Of a stretch of DNA of 39,882 nt, positions 22,487 through 36,427 are shown one piece after another. The notes under the pieces are model-generated. The model saw only the letters and a list, made by a program, of their open reading frames with translations, did not search any database and was not told where the DNA came from. This stretch comes from Octopus sinensis (lineage: Eukaryota), in contig NW_021835701.1 in NCBI RefSeq assembly GCF_006345805.1, positions 1-39,882 on the forward strand, in the 5' to 3' direction. A program made the translations under genes and the position numbers. Within the stretch, counting starts at the first letter, position 1. Every line of letters starts with the position of its first letter.

Positions 22487-24154
22487 ATGGCTAACGGAAA
22501 CGATACACGTCCGGATCAGGTTTTTCAGGACGCTATTCATGGATCCATGCAATTTTCACCACTCTGTGTTAAAATTATTAATACAGTACAATTTCAGAGA
22601 TTACGTAATATCAAACAACTAGGTTTGTGTTATTACGTTTATCCATCAGCTTCACATAATAGATTTGAGCATTGTCTGGGAACATGTCATCTAGCTGGGA
22701 AAATGATTCGCCATCTTAAGCAGCAAGATTCCGGTCTGGAAATATCTGATCGAGATATACTGTGTGTTGAAATCGCTGGTTTGTGTCATGATTTAGGACA
22801 TGCGCCTTTTTCTCATGCCTTTCAAGAAATTATCAACGAGTATCGCAAGGAAAATGGAGGTAAAAAGTGGGAACATGAAGATGTATCATGTGAAATGTTA
22901 GAGCATCTTTTTGAAATGAACCAACATTTTGAAGGAGAACTTAAGCCTGGTGAAATTGGTTTCATAAAAGATCTCATTACTGGTAAACCAGAAAAATCTG
23001 ACAAAAAAAAATTTTTTTACCAAATCGTCAACAATGCAGACTATAACATCGACGTTGATAAATGGGATTACCTGGCCAGAGATTCCCATTTTCTTGGCAT
23101 TGGAACATCCTTTGATCACGAAAGAATGATGAAAATGTCCAAAGTAATAGGTGGTGAAATATGCTACAGAGACAAAACGCTTAAAAATTTCTATGATATG
23201 TTTTATTCACGATATCGACTACATAACACGGCTTACCAACACAAAACTGTTCTCCTGCTTAATAAACTACTTGGCGATGTTTTGAAATCCGCACATAAAA
23301 AACTGAAAATTTTCGAAAGGGTCAAAAAAATGGAGGAATTTACTTATTTTACAGATAGTATTTTGGAGGAGATATTAAATAGTAAGGGCAATCAAGATCT
23401 CAAAGACGCCCTGAAGGATATAATCAAACGGTCTTTTAAATACAAAGGGACCGTCACAGACAAAATCAAGGGCACATTCACGGGCACAGTAACGGGCATA
23501 TTCGAACTCGGAGATACGGAGGGAAATATCTTGTACCCAATTGAGGGTACAGGAGATGACGTTGCAGTCCTGAAAAAGATGAAGGTCACTATCAATGATA
23601 AAACCTTGGACACACCGGAGAGCAAAATGCAGAGAGATATCACCGAAGAGCAAAATGCAGAGATAAATGCTAAAATCTTGTACACCTCGGAGAGCGAAAT
23701 GCAGGGCAATATCCAGGGCAGAATCAATGGTACAATCTCGGAGACATCGGGAATAATAAAAAAGATCGAGGGCAAAATCAATGTTAAAATATTGAGCACA
23801 TCGGAGAGCAAAATGCAGAGCAATATCGAGGGCACAATCAAGGGTAAAATATTGGGCACATCGGAGAGCAAAATGCAGAGCAATATCGAGGGCACAATCA
23901 AGGGTACCATCCAAACAATAATAAACAGCAGAGACCAAGGATCAGACCCGGATATAGTCAAGACGACAGACGTGATCTGCACAGCCCATTTTGACTATGG
24001 AGCTAAAGAAAATAACCCACTATTGAAAATACCATTCTATACAAGAAATGAAAGGAAATATACGTACGATAACCATGAAGAACTGGAAAATATGCTTTTT
24101 CTGCCAGAGAAATTTGAAATGAAAACCAGTCATTGTTTTGAAATAACAAAATAA
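22487..24154 (+). CDS. SAMHD1: SAMHD1-like HD-domain dNTP triphosphohydrolase, copy 2 (555 aa)
   Basis: Same motifs as copy 1. Differs by D277E, Y394N, +I after G422/I423, L443Q, K449T, N451K, K476T, K492T, I498T, R500H, N513K (copy-1 numbering). Confidence 0.95.
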   Translation: MANGNDTRPDQVFQDAIHGSMQFSPLCVKIINTVQFQRLRNIKQLGLCYYVYPSASHNRFEHCLGTCHLAGKMIRHLKQQDSGLEISDRDILCVEIAGLCHDLGHAPFSHAFQEIINEYRKENGGKKWEHEDVSCEMLEHLFEMNQHFEGELKPGEIGFIKDLITGKPEKSDKKKFFYQIVNNADYNIDVDKWDYLARDSHFLGIGTSFDHERMMKMSKVIGGEICYRDKTLKNFYDMFYSRYRLHNTAYQHKTVLLLNKLLGDVLKSAHKKLKIFERVKKMEEFTYFTDSILEEILNSKGNQDLKDALKDIIKRSFKYKGTVTDKIKGTFTGTVTGIFELGDTEGNILYPIEGTGDDVAVLKKMKVTINDKTLDTPESKMQRDITEEQNAEINAKILYTSESEMQGNIQGRINGTISETSGIIKKIEGKINVKILSTSESKMQSNIEGTIKGKILGTSESKMQSNIEGTIKGTIQTIINSRDQGSDPDIVKTTDVICTAHFDYGAKENNPLLKIPFYTRNERKYTYDNHEELENMLFLPEKFEMKTSHCFEITK

Positions 24155-24766
24155 TTAAGGAAAACAAAAGAAAAAACAACGAAGACAACATTCAAGAGAA
24201 AAATCAATAACAAAAAATCAGATTGATTATAACCAATGAAAGAAAACAAAACCATGGACGCAGATTGAGATAAGTAATGAAACTTGATAAAACTTTAATA
24301 TTATAAAAATACATTGAAACTATTGAAAGATTGATAGGTCAAAAATACTAAATGGACAATATTCTCTATCTAAATTAAAAGAACTTTTTGATGGGAAATT
24401 TTTACTTTTAAGAAACTCTCAACATTTTTGAAAAAAAATAAACATATATTTCCTTACTTCTAAATTGAATCCTCCCATTGAGTCACGTTCGAAACATATG
24501 AGAAACATTTATTCTTTACTTAAAATTTGGTAAGAATTAAAAATTTTTTAAATATATTGAAACTATTTCAAACTTCAAAGACTAAAAATAATATGCGAAC
24601 AACAATTTTTTTCCTAATTTAACTTTTTTTTTTACTTTTCTATAAGAAATATTCTTTGTTTACCAAATAAATGTCTTCGATTTCTTTAATTTTTAACGCG
24701 TATTTCTTACATTCAAAAATTATAACCTCTCATTGAGTCATATGTGTATGTGTATGTATGTATGTG

Positions 24767-24848
<82 letters not shown>

Positions 24849-25305
24849 TTTGCGAGATTTTTGATGTGAAATCGTGTGTTGAAACAGATATTGTTGTATT
24901 TAGGAATGGTCATTTTGCTAGTTTAGCTAATAAAAACACACGCACTATATATTTGGTTTTACTTTGCTTCATCGTTATTTATTTTTTGCATTAATCTTAA
25001 TCTTATTTCGGCCAGAGTTCTTTCGTCACACTCCTGTGACCGCAGCAGTGGTCCTTTGCTTTCTTCTTTCTTATTTGTGTGTCTTTCCTTACTAACCGTC
25101 AACCATTTTGTATTTCTATTGTATATGTCTTCATTTGCGCATGCGTATATCTCTATGTGCGTCTATGTTTAGTTAGTGTGTGTGTGTGTGTTTGTGTATG
25201 GGGGGGGGGAAACGCCTGTAATATTTGTATCTCCTGTTTATATACGTTCGTGTAATTTGTTTTTGTTTTTGTTTATTCTTATTTTGTTCATGTGTTTATA
25301 CCCAC

Positions 25306-25372
<67 letters not shown>

Positions 25373-25673
25373 CATTATTATTATTATTGTGTATGTATGT
25401 ATATATGTATAACAATAATAATAGTAATAATAGTAATAAATATAAATAAAATGTTTAAAAAATAAAAATAAAAATAAATGAAATAAAAAAATATATGTAT
25501 ATAGTTATTTACTTCCATTTGTTTATTAGAATGTTTGGAGATGATGTACAAGTATTTTATATTAGAAGAAATGAGGTACTCAGAAATTCGGATGGTTTTA
25601 TATTTACAGATATTTATTTGTATATTACATGTTTTTATACATCATATAACTTATATCATATATCATATATTAG

Positions 25674-26744
25674 CGCTTTCGTCCATTCTGGTGGAGTTTT
25701 CAAATTGAACTAAGTTCTTGTGGAAAAATTTTGACCATTTTATAGTGTTATTGAGTGTGTAGTGGTGGGGAGGGATATAAGATAGTACAAGAGGGTGATG
25801 AATGGAGAGAAAGTGAGAGAGAGCATGTGTGTGTGTGTGTGTGTGTGTGTGTTGTGTGTGTGTGTGTGTGCGTGCGTGCGTGTGTGTGTGTGTGTGCGCG
25901 TGCGTGTGTGTTTTTGTATCTGAAAGAATAGTTAAAGAAAAAGAAGGAAAGAAAGAAAAGGGAGAGAGGGAAGAAGAAAATATTGTTTTGCTGGTTACTT
26001 TTGTAGTTGGTCAGGATGTTTACTCCAAGGGGGGTGTCTAAGATCTTGGGGAAAACATTTGACCATTTTATAGTGTTATTGAGTGTGTAGTGGTGGGGAG
26101 GGATATAAGATAGAACAAGAGGGAAGAAAGTGAGAGAGAGCATGTGTGTGTGTGTGCGTGTGTGTGTGCGTTTGCATCTTAAAGGAGTGTTAAAGAAAAA
26201 CAAGGAAAGGAAGAAAAGGAGGAGAAAGACGATCATAAATTGCATTTCCTTTTTATCATTGTCTTGTGAGAGAGAGAGTGTGTGTGTGTGTGTGTTTATG
26301 TGCGCGCGTGTGTGGTGCGTGTGTTTGTGTCTTTGTATCTGAAAGGAGTGTCAGGGGGGAATGGTCAAGTTGTTAAGAGTAACCAGTCATTGGCTTTTAG
26401 TAATGTTCTAGAGTGCCACTTTTGTTTATATTTTTGCAACTGTAAATGATTTTTGGTTTTTAGAAATTGGCAATTTCAAAAAAGAATTATCTGGATTTCT
26501 TTTTATTATTGTTTTGTGAAGGTATGTGTGTGTGTGTGTGTGTATGTGCGTGTGTGTGTGTGGGCGCCTGTGAATCTGGAAGGGGTGTCGTTGGAGAAGG
26601 GAAGAAAGAAGAAAAAGAGGAAGAAGAAATAATTCTGGTGATATTTATACCACTATTCAGTTCTTTCAATCCAATGTTTTATTCCTGTGCTTAGATGGGA
26701 TGGAAAATCTGGATTACAAAAACAGGTTTGTTTTATTCCCACAC

Positions 26745-26842
<98 letters not shown>

Positions 26843-27140
26843 TCACAAAACAATAATAAAAAGAAATCCTAACAATTCTTTTTTGAAATTGCCAATTTCT
26901 AAAAACAAAAAATCATTTACAGTTGCAAAAATATAAGCAAAATTGGCACTCTAGAACATTACTAAAAGCCAATGACTGGTTACTCTTAACAACTTGACCA
27001 TTCCTCCCTAACACCTCTTTCAGATACAAAGACACAAACACACGCACCACACACGCGCGCACATAAACACACACGCACACGCACTCTCTCTTTCAAGACA
27101 AAGATAAAATGGAAATACAATTTATGGTCTTCTTTCTCTC

Positions 27141-27216
<76 letters not shown>

Positions 27217-27382
27217 CACACACACACACATGCTCTCTCTCACTTTCTCCCCATTCATCACCCTCTTGTACTATCTTATATCCCTCCCCACCACTACACA
27301 CTCAATAACACTATAAAATGGTCAAACTTTTTCCACAAGAACTTAGTTCAATTTGAAAACTCCACCAGAATGGACGAAAGCG
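25674..27382. mobile_element. Foldback element (duplicate of 7440-9153)
   Basis: Same termini and arms as 7440-9153. Confidence 0.75.
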
Positions 27383-27384
27383 TG

Positions 27385-27420
<36 letters not shown>

Positions 27421-27750
27421 TGTATGTATGTATATGTGATCACCGTAACCGACGAGGCTATCAGATGCTGCTACACATCGCTGATCACAATGCGCTTCGC
27501 ATTGTTTTAGCCTCCAAATGACGCCACCCCGCTGGCTAAACAAGCAGGAAAACAGAAGAAAGAGTGAGCGAAAGTTGTGGTGAAAGAGTATAGCAGGGAC
27601 CGCCACCACCCACTGCTGGAGCCTCGTGGAGCTTTAGGTTTCTTCGCTCAATAAACACTCACAACGCCCGGTCTGGGAATCGAAACCGCGATCCTACGAC
27701 CGCGAGTCCGCTGCCCTAACCTCTGGACCATTGCGCCTCACACACACACA

Positions 27751-27781
<31 letters not shown>

Positions 27782-27898
27782 CACCACACACACACACACA
27801 TATATATACATTACATATATGTATATATTTATATATATATGTATATATATATATGTATGTATATATATATATATATATATGCATTATAAATATATATG

Positions 27899-27975
<77 letters not shown>

Positions 27976-28110
27976 GTATATATGTATACATGTATATATA
28001 TGTATGTAAATTATGTATGAATATATATATAATGTGTATGTGTGTGTGTGCGTGTGTGTGCGTGTGTGTGCGTATGTGTGTGTGTGCGTGTGTGTGCGTG
28101 TGTGTGCGTG

Positions 28111-28163
<53 letters not shown>

Positions 28164-30158
28164 AATGAGAGAATTGGAAGATGGTAGATATGAGAATGTT
28201 TATCAGTCACTATCATTGTTTCGACCCACCAAGCCTTGCTCCCACACGGATTTGGATACTTCACTGGTTTTGAATTATCTGACGGTGCAAGATGCTTCTC
28301 TTCAGGTGATTACAAGATGCATCTCGTTAAAATAATAACTGTTCGGCAAGATATCTTCTCGGCTTGTGTATAGAAAAGCAGCAAATTAAAAAGATACAGC
28401 TTCATTTTTATATAAGATCGATAATAAATAACAAATGCCAAAAGTAACGAATACTCAATACAGCAAAAAAGTATTAAACATAACCGTTAATAGATACGGA
28501 TGTAAAATGCTCTCGCTTAGATTGTATGGCTCTTACAAACATCTATGAAGATATATTAGCATACGCACACACGTGGTTTGGTGTACAACGTCCACACAGT
28601 GAATTGAATAGCAACTTATTATTTGGAAGAATGGGGTAGGCTAGAGTTAGATTAAATTCATCCATACCTTAAGATAAATTATGATCATAAATGTGGTTAA
28701 CGGCTATTCAAATTCATTCCCTCTGCATTGTTCGAAAGTGCATTTATAAGTATATAAGCACCTTGAGATTCATTCAGAAATTCTATTAATGATCTCCTTA
28801 AATAAACAGGGATTCCTCGGAGCAGAGTTTGCATCTCCTGTTGATTTTCTTGAAGGCCTAGACACTGAGGAAAGTATGCAACTTCAGCTGTTTCAGAATG
28901 GTCCAGTAAACAACCTCTTTCGCAATGGCCATCAAACAGATAAACACTGCCTAGCATCCGCAGCCAAACGAATGGACTCCGATCGTAGATGGATACATTC
29001 TACACACGACAGGAAGTTTGACATAATTCTACAAATCAGAAACGCTCAGACCCTGGACGAGTGCATGTAGAACAGTTTCATCACTCGGCGCGCTTCTCAG
29101 CCAAACCCGACTGTCAGGCGAGATTATCTCGAACTGATAATACTGGTAGTCTTACCAGGCAAGAGATTTCCGAGTCCTCTGGAAAGAGCTAACCAACTGA
29201 TCTTCATCGATGTCCAAAATCATCCCTAGAATGTCATTACCTTTGCTATCCATTAACTCTCTACCGAACACCAATGTAGAAATTATACCAACAATATTGC
29301 CTGACTAGCAGAGGGTTTTCAGTACCTGACAACACTTGAGGTTTCAGGCATCCTACCTTGACCGATGCTTAATCTAGGACTGCTGCTCAGTCGGAAAGAT
29401 AAGTGGTTTGAAAACAGGACTTCATAAACGCCGACCACATCTGCTCCTCACCAAGGAAACGTTGGGTATATCATAACCTCAGCGCATGTCTGCGTATCAC
29501 CATCCACAGCATGCGCACATCTACATGCAACAGATGTTGACATGAAGTGCAGTGGCTAACTAGGGACACGTCTCTTCCACAGAAAGCGGAAGAGTGGCTA
29601 TGCCAGTCCGGTGATCTGTCAGCTGGTGTGGAACGACAGTCAAGCGGAAATATATTATGGATGAGATGTAAACGTTTTCCGCCTTTGCTCGATCTTTCGG
29701 GAATATCTTTTTCTCGGTTCATTTCTGGGTGAGATTGGCTCTCCTGCTCGTCACCTGGTCCCAGTTCTTCTCTAGCTGGAGATATGGACCAGACTAAGCT
29801 GCGAGCAATTTAACCGGGGCGTCCAGTGGCCCCGAATGCCGTTGGTACTGTCCCACCAAGTGTTGAGCTGTAGGCCCGAAGACTTTTCATGGTTAAATTT
29901 TGCTCTTTACACCGTCTCGTTGTCCTTTAGAGCAGTAACAATCAGCTCGATGTGCTTTGTGTCTGATCCTATGGATGTGACATCATCCCTGTACGCCGAC
30001 ACGAGTCTTTTATCTCCCAATTCGTGCGGGTTATCTCCATCCAATAGCTCTTGTATCTGCAGTAGTGGTACAAAATTCAGTACACCAGGGAACATACAGC
30101 AACGAGGACGTTTCCAGGACAACCTTACAAAAACAGAAGTCGGGTTCTACATGTAGAC

Positions 30159-33100
30159 AAAAAGTAAGCAACAACAATAACATTTTAAACAATGAAAGTT
30201 TCCTAGTTGAGAGGAGACTTGCAAGTGCCATCCGTGGAAACCCCACAAAAGAACAGTCACCCTGCCCACTAAGGCAAGTGCCCCCAACTAGCTTTTTAGC
30301 TTCGATTCTAATGGCACATTCTTAGCAGAGGCCCGTTTACTCGGACCATGCCCACAATCCTCATCAACTTTTGAACGAACTTACTTGAAATCAGTACGTC
30401 CATTTCCATCCTCACACCTTTACAAGTGAAACTTGAAAAAGTTGACAAGAATCTTAAAAAAAAAAAGACTCCGCCGGTTACGACGACGAGGTCCCAGCTG
30501 ATCCGAATCAACGGAACAGCTTGCTCGTGAGATTAACGTGCAAATGGCTGAGCATTCCACAGACACGTGTACCCTTAACGTAGTTCTCGGGGATAATCAG
30601 CGTGACACAGAGAGTGACAAGGCTGACCCTTTGAAATACAAGTACAACTCATTTTTGCCAGCTGAGTGGACTGGAGCAACGTGAAAATAAAGTGCCTTGC
30701 TCAAGGACACAACGCGTCGCCGGGAATCGAACTCACAACCTTACGATCATGAGCCGAATGCCCTAACCACTAAGCCACGCGCCCTCACTGACAAGAATCT
30801 AGCTAAAGGTGAAAACTCCCTGTCCTCAACACTTACGATTATATTCTCCCCACAATCCTTTTCGCCATCACCACTCTTCTCAGCTAAAGGAGGTGGTGAT
30901 GAGCTTTTCACAAAGGACTCAGTAGCGAGATGATGGCCGGAATCGACCGACAGGTGGCAGGTGCTGTTTGACATAGCTCGGGCAAGTGCATGTAGAACCG
31001 TTTCGTCGTTCTTCATGCATCTCGAACGGGAATTCTTCAAGATAAACTTAGTTGGTTTTCTGTGACGCCCAAATTTTTGCTAATCGTCGTCTCTTCTACC
31101 CGCCACTAATCTTCTTTAGAACGCCAATGTAGAATTTCAGCCAACCGCATTGTCCGGCAGGTAGCGTGCCGTGAGCGCCTGACGACAGTCAAGAGGCTAA
31201 GCTCCCCAACAGCTCTGTTAAAGAGATAAGCATAGAAAAGTCGTGTCTGACAAACGGCAACTTTATCTCTTCACCACCAACGATTCGCTAGAGATTATGT
31301 AATTTCAGCAAATGTATGCACAATACAGGTCACGGTATATTCAGTTTTACGTAGCAAGTGTTGGCAGCAGACCAGTGAAGCGTCTTTTTCACTGATGTTC
31401 CAGCCTCGTCAAAAGTGAGCAAGTTACGACAGTCAGATGACAACGACAGAGAACCATAATGATGGCGTTCTCCACCTCTGTGTGACCCTTCGGCGACAGT
31501 TTCCTCTTGGCCCATTTTTGTATGAGACAGTTACCTTGCTCATTATATCGTAGTAGTTCTTTTCTACTAAGAAGTCTGGGCGAAACTAGACTCCGCGCAA
31601 TTTAAATGGTCTGTCTGTCCAACACCTCACGATGTTGGATGGCATGAGTCTGCCTTTCTACCTGTCTAGATGCAGACCCATTGACTTTTCTTATTTGAGT
31701 TTTGCTCCTGTCACTGCCTCACCGTCTCTTAGAGCGGTGTTCTCGGTCTCCGATACAAATACTGTCTTATCGTCTGCGTATGCTCACATAGATCTTTAGC
31801 ATATTACTACAGAAACTTTAAGTTTCTGTAGTAGTTGCTCTATAGTCAGCATATACAGAAGAAATGCGAGAAGACAACCTTGACGCACTGAGTGCATAAT
31901 ACTGAACGTTCTCGATAAGTGGCTGTTTATTCTGACCACAGAGTAGATGTTGCACAATGTGGTGATTTAGGCACTGGGAGCTGATTGGTAATCGTTTACT
32001 GCGAGGACAACCTCCAGAATTGGCGTCAACTTCATAGAAGATTTTGATTGACCCGTGTTGTTCAGCTACCCACCCATATAAGGAGCCTTACCCACTCTCT
32101 CTGTAATGTATCGCATGCGATGGAGAATGTCGTGAACAGATCTGTTCGGGTTGGTGCAAGTTTTTGTACCACTGACAAACTTCCGACAAGTGCCAACTAT
32201 TCACTAAGGGTAAAGACCCCCTTCGGTCATGAATGACCATGGGATTGCACCTAGAAAGTTACCCTCCTAGACACAAGTCCGGGCAAGATTGTTTATGGAA
32301 GACCAGCAGTCGCCCATGCATACCAGCCTCCCCTCTCCACGCCACCAGTGTTATCCAAGGGAAAGACAAAGGTCGATACAGCTTGGCACCTGTGACGTCG
32401 CAACTCATTTCTACAGCTGAGTGAACTGGAGCAACGTGAAAATAAAGTGCTTTGCTCAAGAACACAACACGCAGCCCGGTCCGGGATTCGAGCTCACAAC
32501 CTCACGATCGTAAGCTCGACGCTCTAACCACTGAGCCATTGGTCAATACTTTAATGTCTGCATTCAGCAGAATTTTTGGCTGAAAAATATCAACGAAATT
32601 CTTTTGGTTTTGGTCCTTTGTCAGCAGCACTACTGCTCCTAGGTTCACAGACATGGAAGTCTTACATAGGATAAAGCTCACAGGCAACCCACCAAAACCG
32701 AGCAATTTGTCCCTCGTAGAGCCAGTCATCACTTTCTGTGTTTCAGCGGATGTTATCGGCCTTTCGCAACACTCCGCCGATGAAAGAAGTAGCAGGCCAT
32801 CAAAGTAATCAGAGTACAAGGAAAACTGTATGGTGGTTTTGTTGTATTGTTGCACCTGCACCACTCAGACACAATGAATGAATTTCGTTCCTTCGCGTCT
32901 TAGACAACGCACCTTAGACCTGCCAAAGCAGGCCTCTTGCATCGAATCGAAGAAAAATGGTCGACAGCCAATTTTGCCGCAAGCTCATCGGTCGGGATCA
33001 CTTTTCTCAGTGCTTCTTCTAGATTTCTATCTTGTTCTGTCTTTATTGCAGTTTTCTCTGTCACAACTTCCTTACTAAACTGCCAATTCTACTCTAATCG

Positions 33101-33930
33101 CTCTTTTCAAAGTGAACTACTATTTGTTGTTAACGAGTCTCTCCTAAACCTAGCCTAATTAGTTAATTCGATAATTTGATCTTTGTAAGCTCGATATTCC
33201 GGAAACAACGCATCTAGTTTCCAGTAGCTGGATCCCTGCCTATGAAGTTTATATAAAATCAAGCGTATAAATCACAAATTTGTGATCTGTCAAGCTAACC
33301 ACTTTGATTTGTGGACACTCTATGCTGTCTATTTACTAGCCTGCAGAACACTATCTAGATATGATGTGGATGACCTGATACGGTTTTTCCATGTCCACAT
33401 AGCACAATATGGAAATCCCGTCAGTACATCTCAAACAGTTCGAAAGGTCCGAACCGGTTTAAAACCCCTCTCCTATCATCTAATAATCCCACAGTCCATT
33501 TCTGTATCTAATATAACGTTTCAATCATCCCTAGCAGTAAGGAGCCGGACGTTCCAAGGATAACTTCGAGTTGCACGCAGATATCTGGCCACCCTCGTCC
33601 CTGTTCGGGCGTAGAAAACTACTAGTCTAAAAATATAGCTTTCGCTATTGACTTCTGGATCCATGAAGATAGTTTGTATCATGAGATCCAGACGTTTCCG
33701 AAACAACACAGCAGCACACTCTTTCAGTCACACCCAACTTGGAAATGCGTTGATCTTGAAGTCGCTGAAGGTAGGCATGAAGATTAGCGCCTCAGAAATT
33801 CTGGGTTTGATGATGGATGCCAAATTTATATCTTGTTACTTGAAGTCGTTGAGCAGATGGTCTGCTACCAAGGCAACAACAGGCTGAGCGTCTTCACGTT
33901 GCGTCTTCCGGGTAAGGCCATGTTTGAGAA
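30159..33930 (-). mobile_element. Tx1-like LINE copy B, near-complete decayed ORF2 (endonuclease plus RT plus C-terminus)
   Basis: Endonuclease remnants HLLNDF, SSYLDSVL, TDHKFV, SSYWKL (33190-33880); CERPITSAE and QPKILLNADIKVL (32550-32800); RSVHDILH, HSVRQGC; YADD at 31769-31780 (revcomp of atcgtctgcgta). Confidence 0.85.
32214..32540 (-). mobile_element. tRNA-derived SINE inserted in the RT region of LINE B
   Basis: Head and core match 12226-12560 (actcattt..cagctgagtg.actggagcaacgtgaaa.taaagtg); the 3' tail differs. Confidence 0.8.
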
Positions 33931-33981
33931 AGAAAAGGAAAATGAGAAGAATCAGATATTGTTCCGTCCTTTCAGCTAGTT

Positions 33982-35472
33982 GTGGCCCGAGTAGACCCGA
34001 ATGAAATCGGGTTATATTAACCAAACAAGTAAAACAATGAAAACCTATGCCATTTTAATCCCAAGCAAGGCCGGGTATCTCTATAAATCTACTATATATT
34101 TGTGAAAAGGGCGGACGTTGTCTCACAAGCAGTTATACAGGCAAAAGTGTTAGCTGAAAATTTGCACACCTATGTTAAAAGTCCTAGCGAGTTTGCATGG
34201 CAACTTTGAGTTTGCTCAATTGAAAAGTGTGGCCTCTAGGGCAAAATTTCTTATCTTTTAATGTGTGGCCCGCGTAGACCCGAATGAAATCGGGTTATAA
34301 TACCGAAACAAATAAAACAATAGTAAACTATTTTAATCCCGAGCAAGACCGGGTTTCTCTGCTATCTATATATATAAGAAGCTTTGGGTCAAAATTGTGT
34401 GCACATTTTGCTACGTCATGGGTTGGCGGCCAGACCAGTGATCGGATCGAGCTGAAATTTGACACAGGCATAGGTGTGATGAGACAGAGAGTTGAGTAGG
34501 TTAAAACTCGCCATCTGGAAAGATGCGGTTGCTATGGTGAAAAGAGTGATTTTTTATCGATTCAAGGGGGGGGGTGGCTATAAGCCCCTCCAGATTAGCA
34601 CGATTGGCATCTAATCTAATCTATAAAATGAAGAAGGCCAACGTTGATATAAATTGATTTTTAGGTAAAAAAAAAGGGGGTCTAAATGGGGCTGGAAGGG
34701 GATTAAAATTTACAGGAGGGGGTAACTTGAGGTGAGAAATTGATTGGGAGACGTTTTGGGGGCGCTACAGTGGTTGCTTTGCTGTGAAAACGGGGATTTT
34801 ATTGATTTTGGGGGACACTTGGGGGTCTAGATTGAACACCTTTTGCCTGATTTCAATCAAATTTTCAACATGGTAAAGTGGAAGCGGATTTGTAATTTAA
34901 GCGCAGAAAATGGGTTCGAAATTTTGAAAATTAAGGCAAGATTTTTAAGTTGAAAATTTTCTCATTTTTACGTATTTTTGTCTTTTATTTTTTATTGTTT
35001 ACAGTTTTCATTTTTTCTGAAAGAAATTTACAGTTGCATGTAGCCCGTGCTTAGAATTTTCATTTGCATGATCAATCGTCGAAAAATTCCCAAAATAAGT
35101 ACTAAATTTAACAAAGAAATCCCTTTTTTCCTTATTTCTAATCGCTCAAACAGTGGCTCGTACAAAAGGCAAGTGTGCTCTCTGTTGTCACTGCCTGATA
35201 TTTATAATTGATCTTTCAAAATATTTTCTTTTTGAACTTACTCAAAATCTTTTGTTTTTTATAAATGGGAATGATATAGATAGAGAAAGATAGAGAGTAA
35301 GAGAAAGCGAGGGAGAGTCAGAGAGAAAGGAGAGTAAGAGAGTGGGAAAGTGAGAGAGAAACAAAGAGGGAGAATGTAGTGATAAGAAACAGAAAGGAAG
35401 CAATAGAAAGGAAGCAACAGAAAGTAACAACCACACCCTCACCCGCGCGTAGAGCGGGTCACCTTAAGCTAG
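33982..35472 (+). mobile_element. Head-to-tail Helitron-like modules
   Basis: TC starts at 34088 (tctactatatatttgtg) and 34365 (tctatatatataag). Hairpin ends cccaagcaaggccggg (~34058-34073), cccgagcaagaccggg...gcta (34338-34364) and acccgcgcgtagagcgggt...ctag|t (35441-35472). Confidence 0.65.
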
Positions 35473-35714
35473 TCTGCTTTATCAAAACTGATCTGTGTTG
35501 AGACAACTCGTTACTGTCATACGCAATCGATGGTATCTTAGTCGCATTATCTTTGCTTTTTAATATTGTTATAGGTGTCTGTGCAGCTACGAGCAGACGT
35601 AGACCCCCGTTCTCTCTGCCCTCGCAGGGAAAATCCAGTGGAACGTCTATAATGCTTCAGCTAGATGGAAAAAAGAGCTTTCTGCTCTTTTTGTACTACG
35701 GCTTACATGAAGAC

Positions 35715-35930
35715 CCCACTAGTGCCACAGGCACGACAAAAGCATTCAGTACACACTGTAAAATGTTTGGGGTAAGGAAGGGCATCCATCCGTTGAAAGC
35801 ATGCGCGGCGCAGCCTCACAGTTCGTCGAATCCTGTCAAACCGTCCACCCGTACCACCATGGAAAACAGACACCAAATGATACTGATGATGATAATTTCG
35901 ACGATGATGGTAATGATAATAATAATGATG
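35715..35930 (+). mobile_element. 3' tail of a retroposon ending in (GAT)n
   Basis: gtaaggaagggcatcc...gaatcctgtcaaaccgtcc...catggaaaacagac followed by a GAT-rich run; resembles a common cephalopod repeat from memory. Confidence 0.5.
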
Positions 35931-36150
35931 GTGGCGAGCTGGCAGAAACGTTAGCACCCCGGGCGAAATGCGTAGCCGTATTTCGTCTGCCGTTACGTTC
36001 TGAGTTCAAATTCCGCCGAGGTTGACTTTGCCTTTCATCCTTTCGGGGTCGATAAATTAAGTACCAGTTACGCACTGGGGTCGATGTAATCGACTTATTC
36101 CGTTTGTCTGTCCTTGTTTGTCTCATCTGTGTTTAGCCCCTTGTGGGTAG
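35931..36150 (+). mobile_element. tRNA-derived SINE (second family)
   Basis: gtggcgagctggcagaaacgttagcacc...gagttcaaattccgccgagg. Confidence 0.85.
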
Positions 36151-36244
36151 TCAAGAAATGGGTAATGATAATAATAATGATGATAATGACGTGGAGGAGG
36201 GGGAAGGAGGGGGAGGAGGGGAGGAGGAGGTGGAGGAAAACCTT

Positions 36245-36372
36245 AACCGGCAGCAACGTGAAATAAAGTGCTTTATTGGCAGAAACAACGCACTAACAAG
36301 TCAAGGACTCGAACCACCCTACGACGTTATGATCGTAAACCAAACACCGTAACCACAAAACCACACGCCTTC
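36245..36372 (-). mobile_element. Old SINE head fragment
   Basis: gcaacgtgaaataaagtgcttt...ggactcgaacc...taaccacaaaaccacacgccttcc is similar to the 12226 family head. Confidence 0.55.
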
Positions 36373-36427
36373 CTGACGAAACAACAATAACAACAACAAC
36401 TACAGCAGCCGTATGTTTGTTCCTTCT

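Noticed and set aside
35553-36352. ORFs of 69-133 aa
   Set aside because: They are composed of a retroposon tail, a (GAT)n run, a SINE and a GGA-rich tract; no protein motif.
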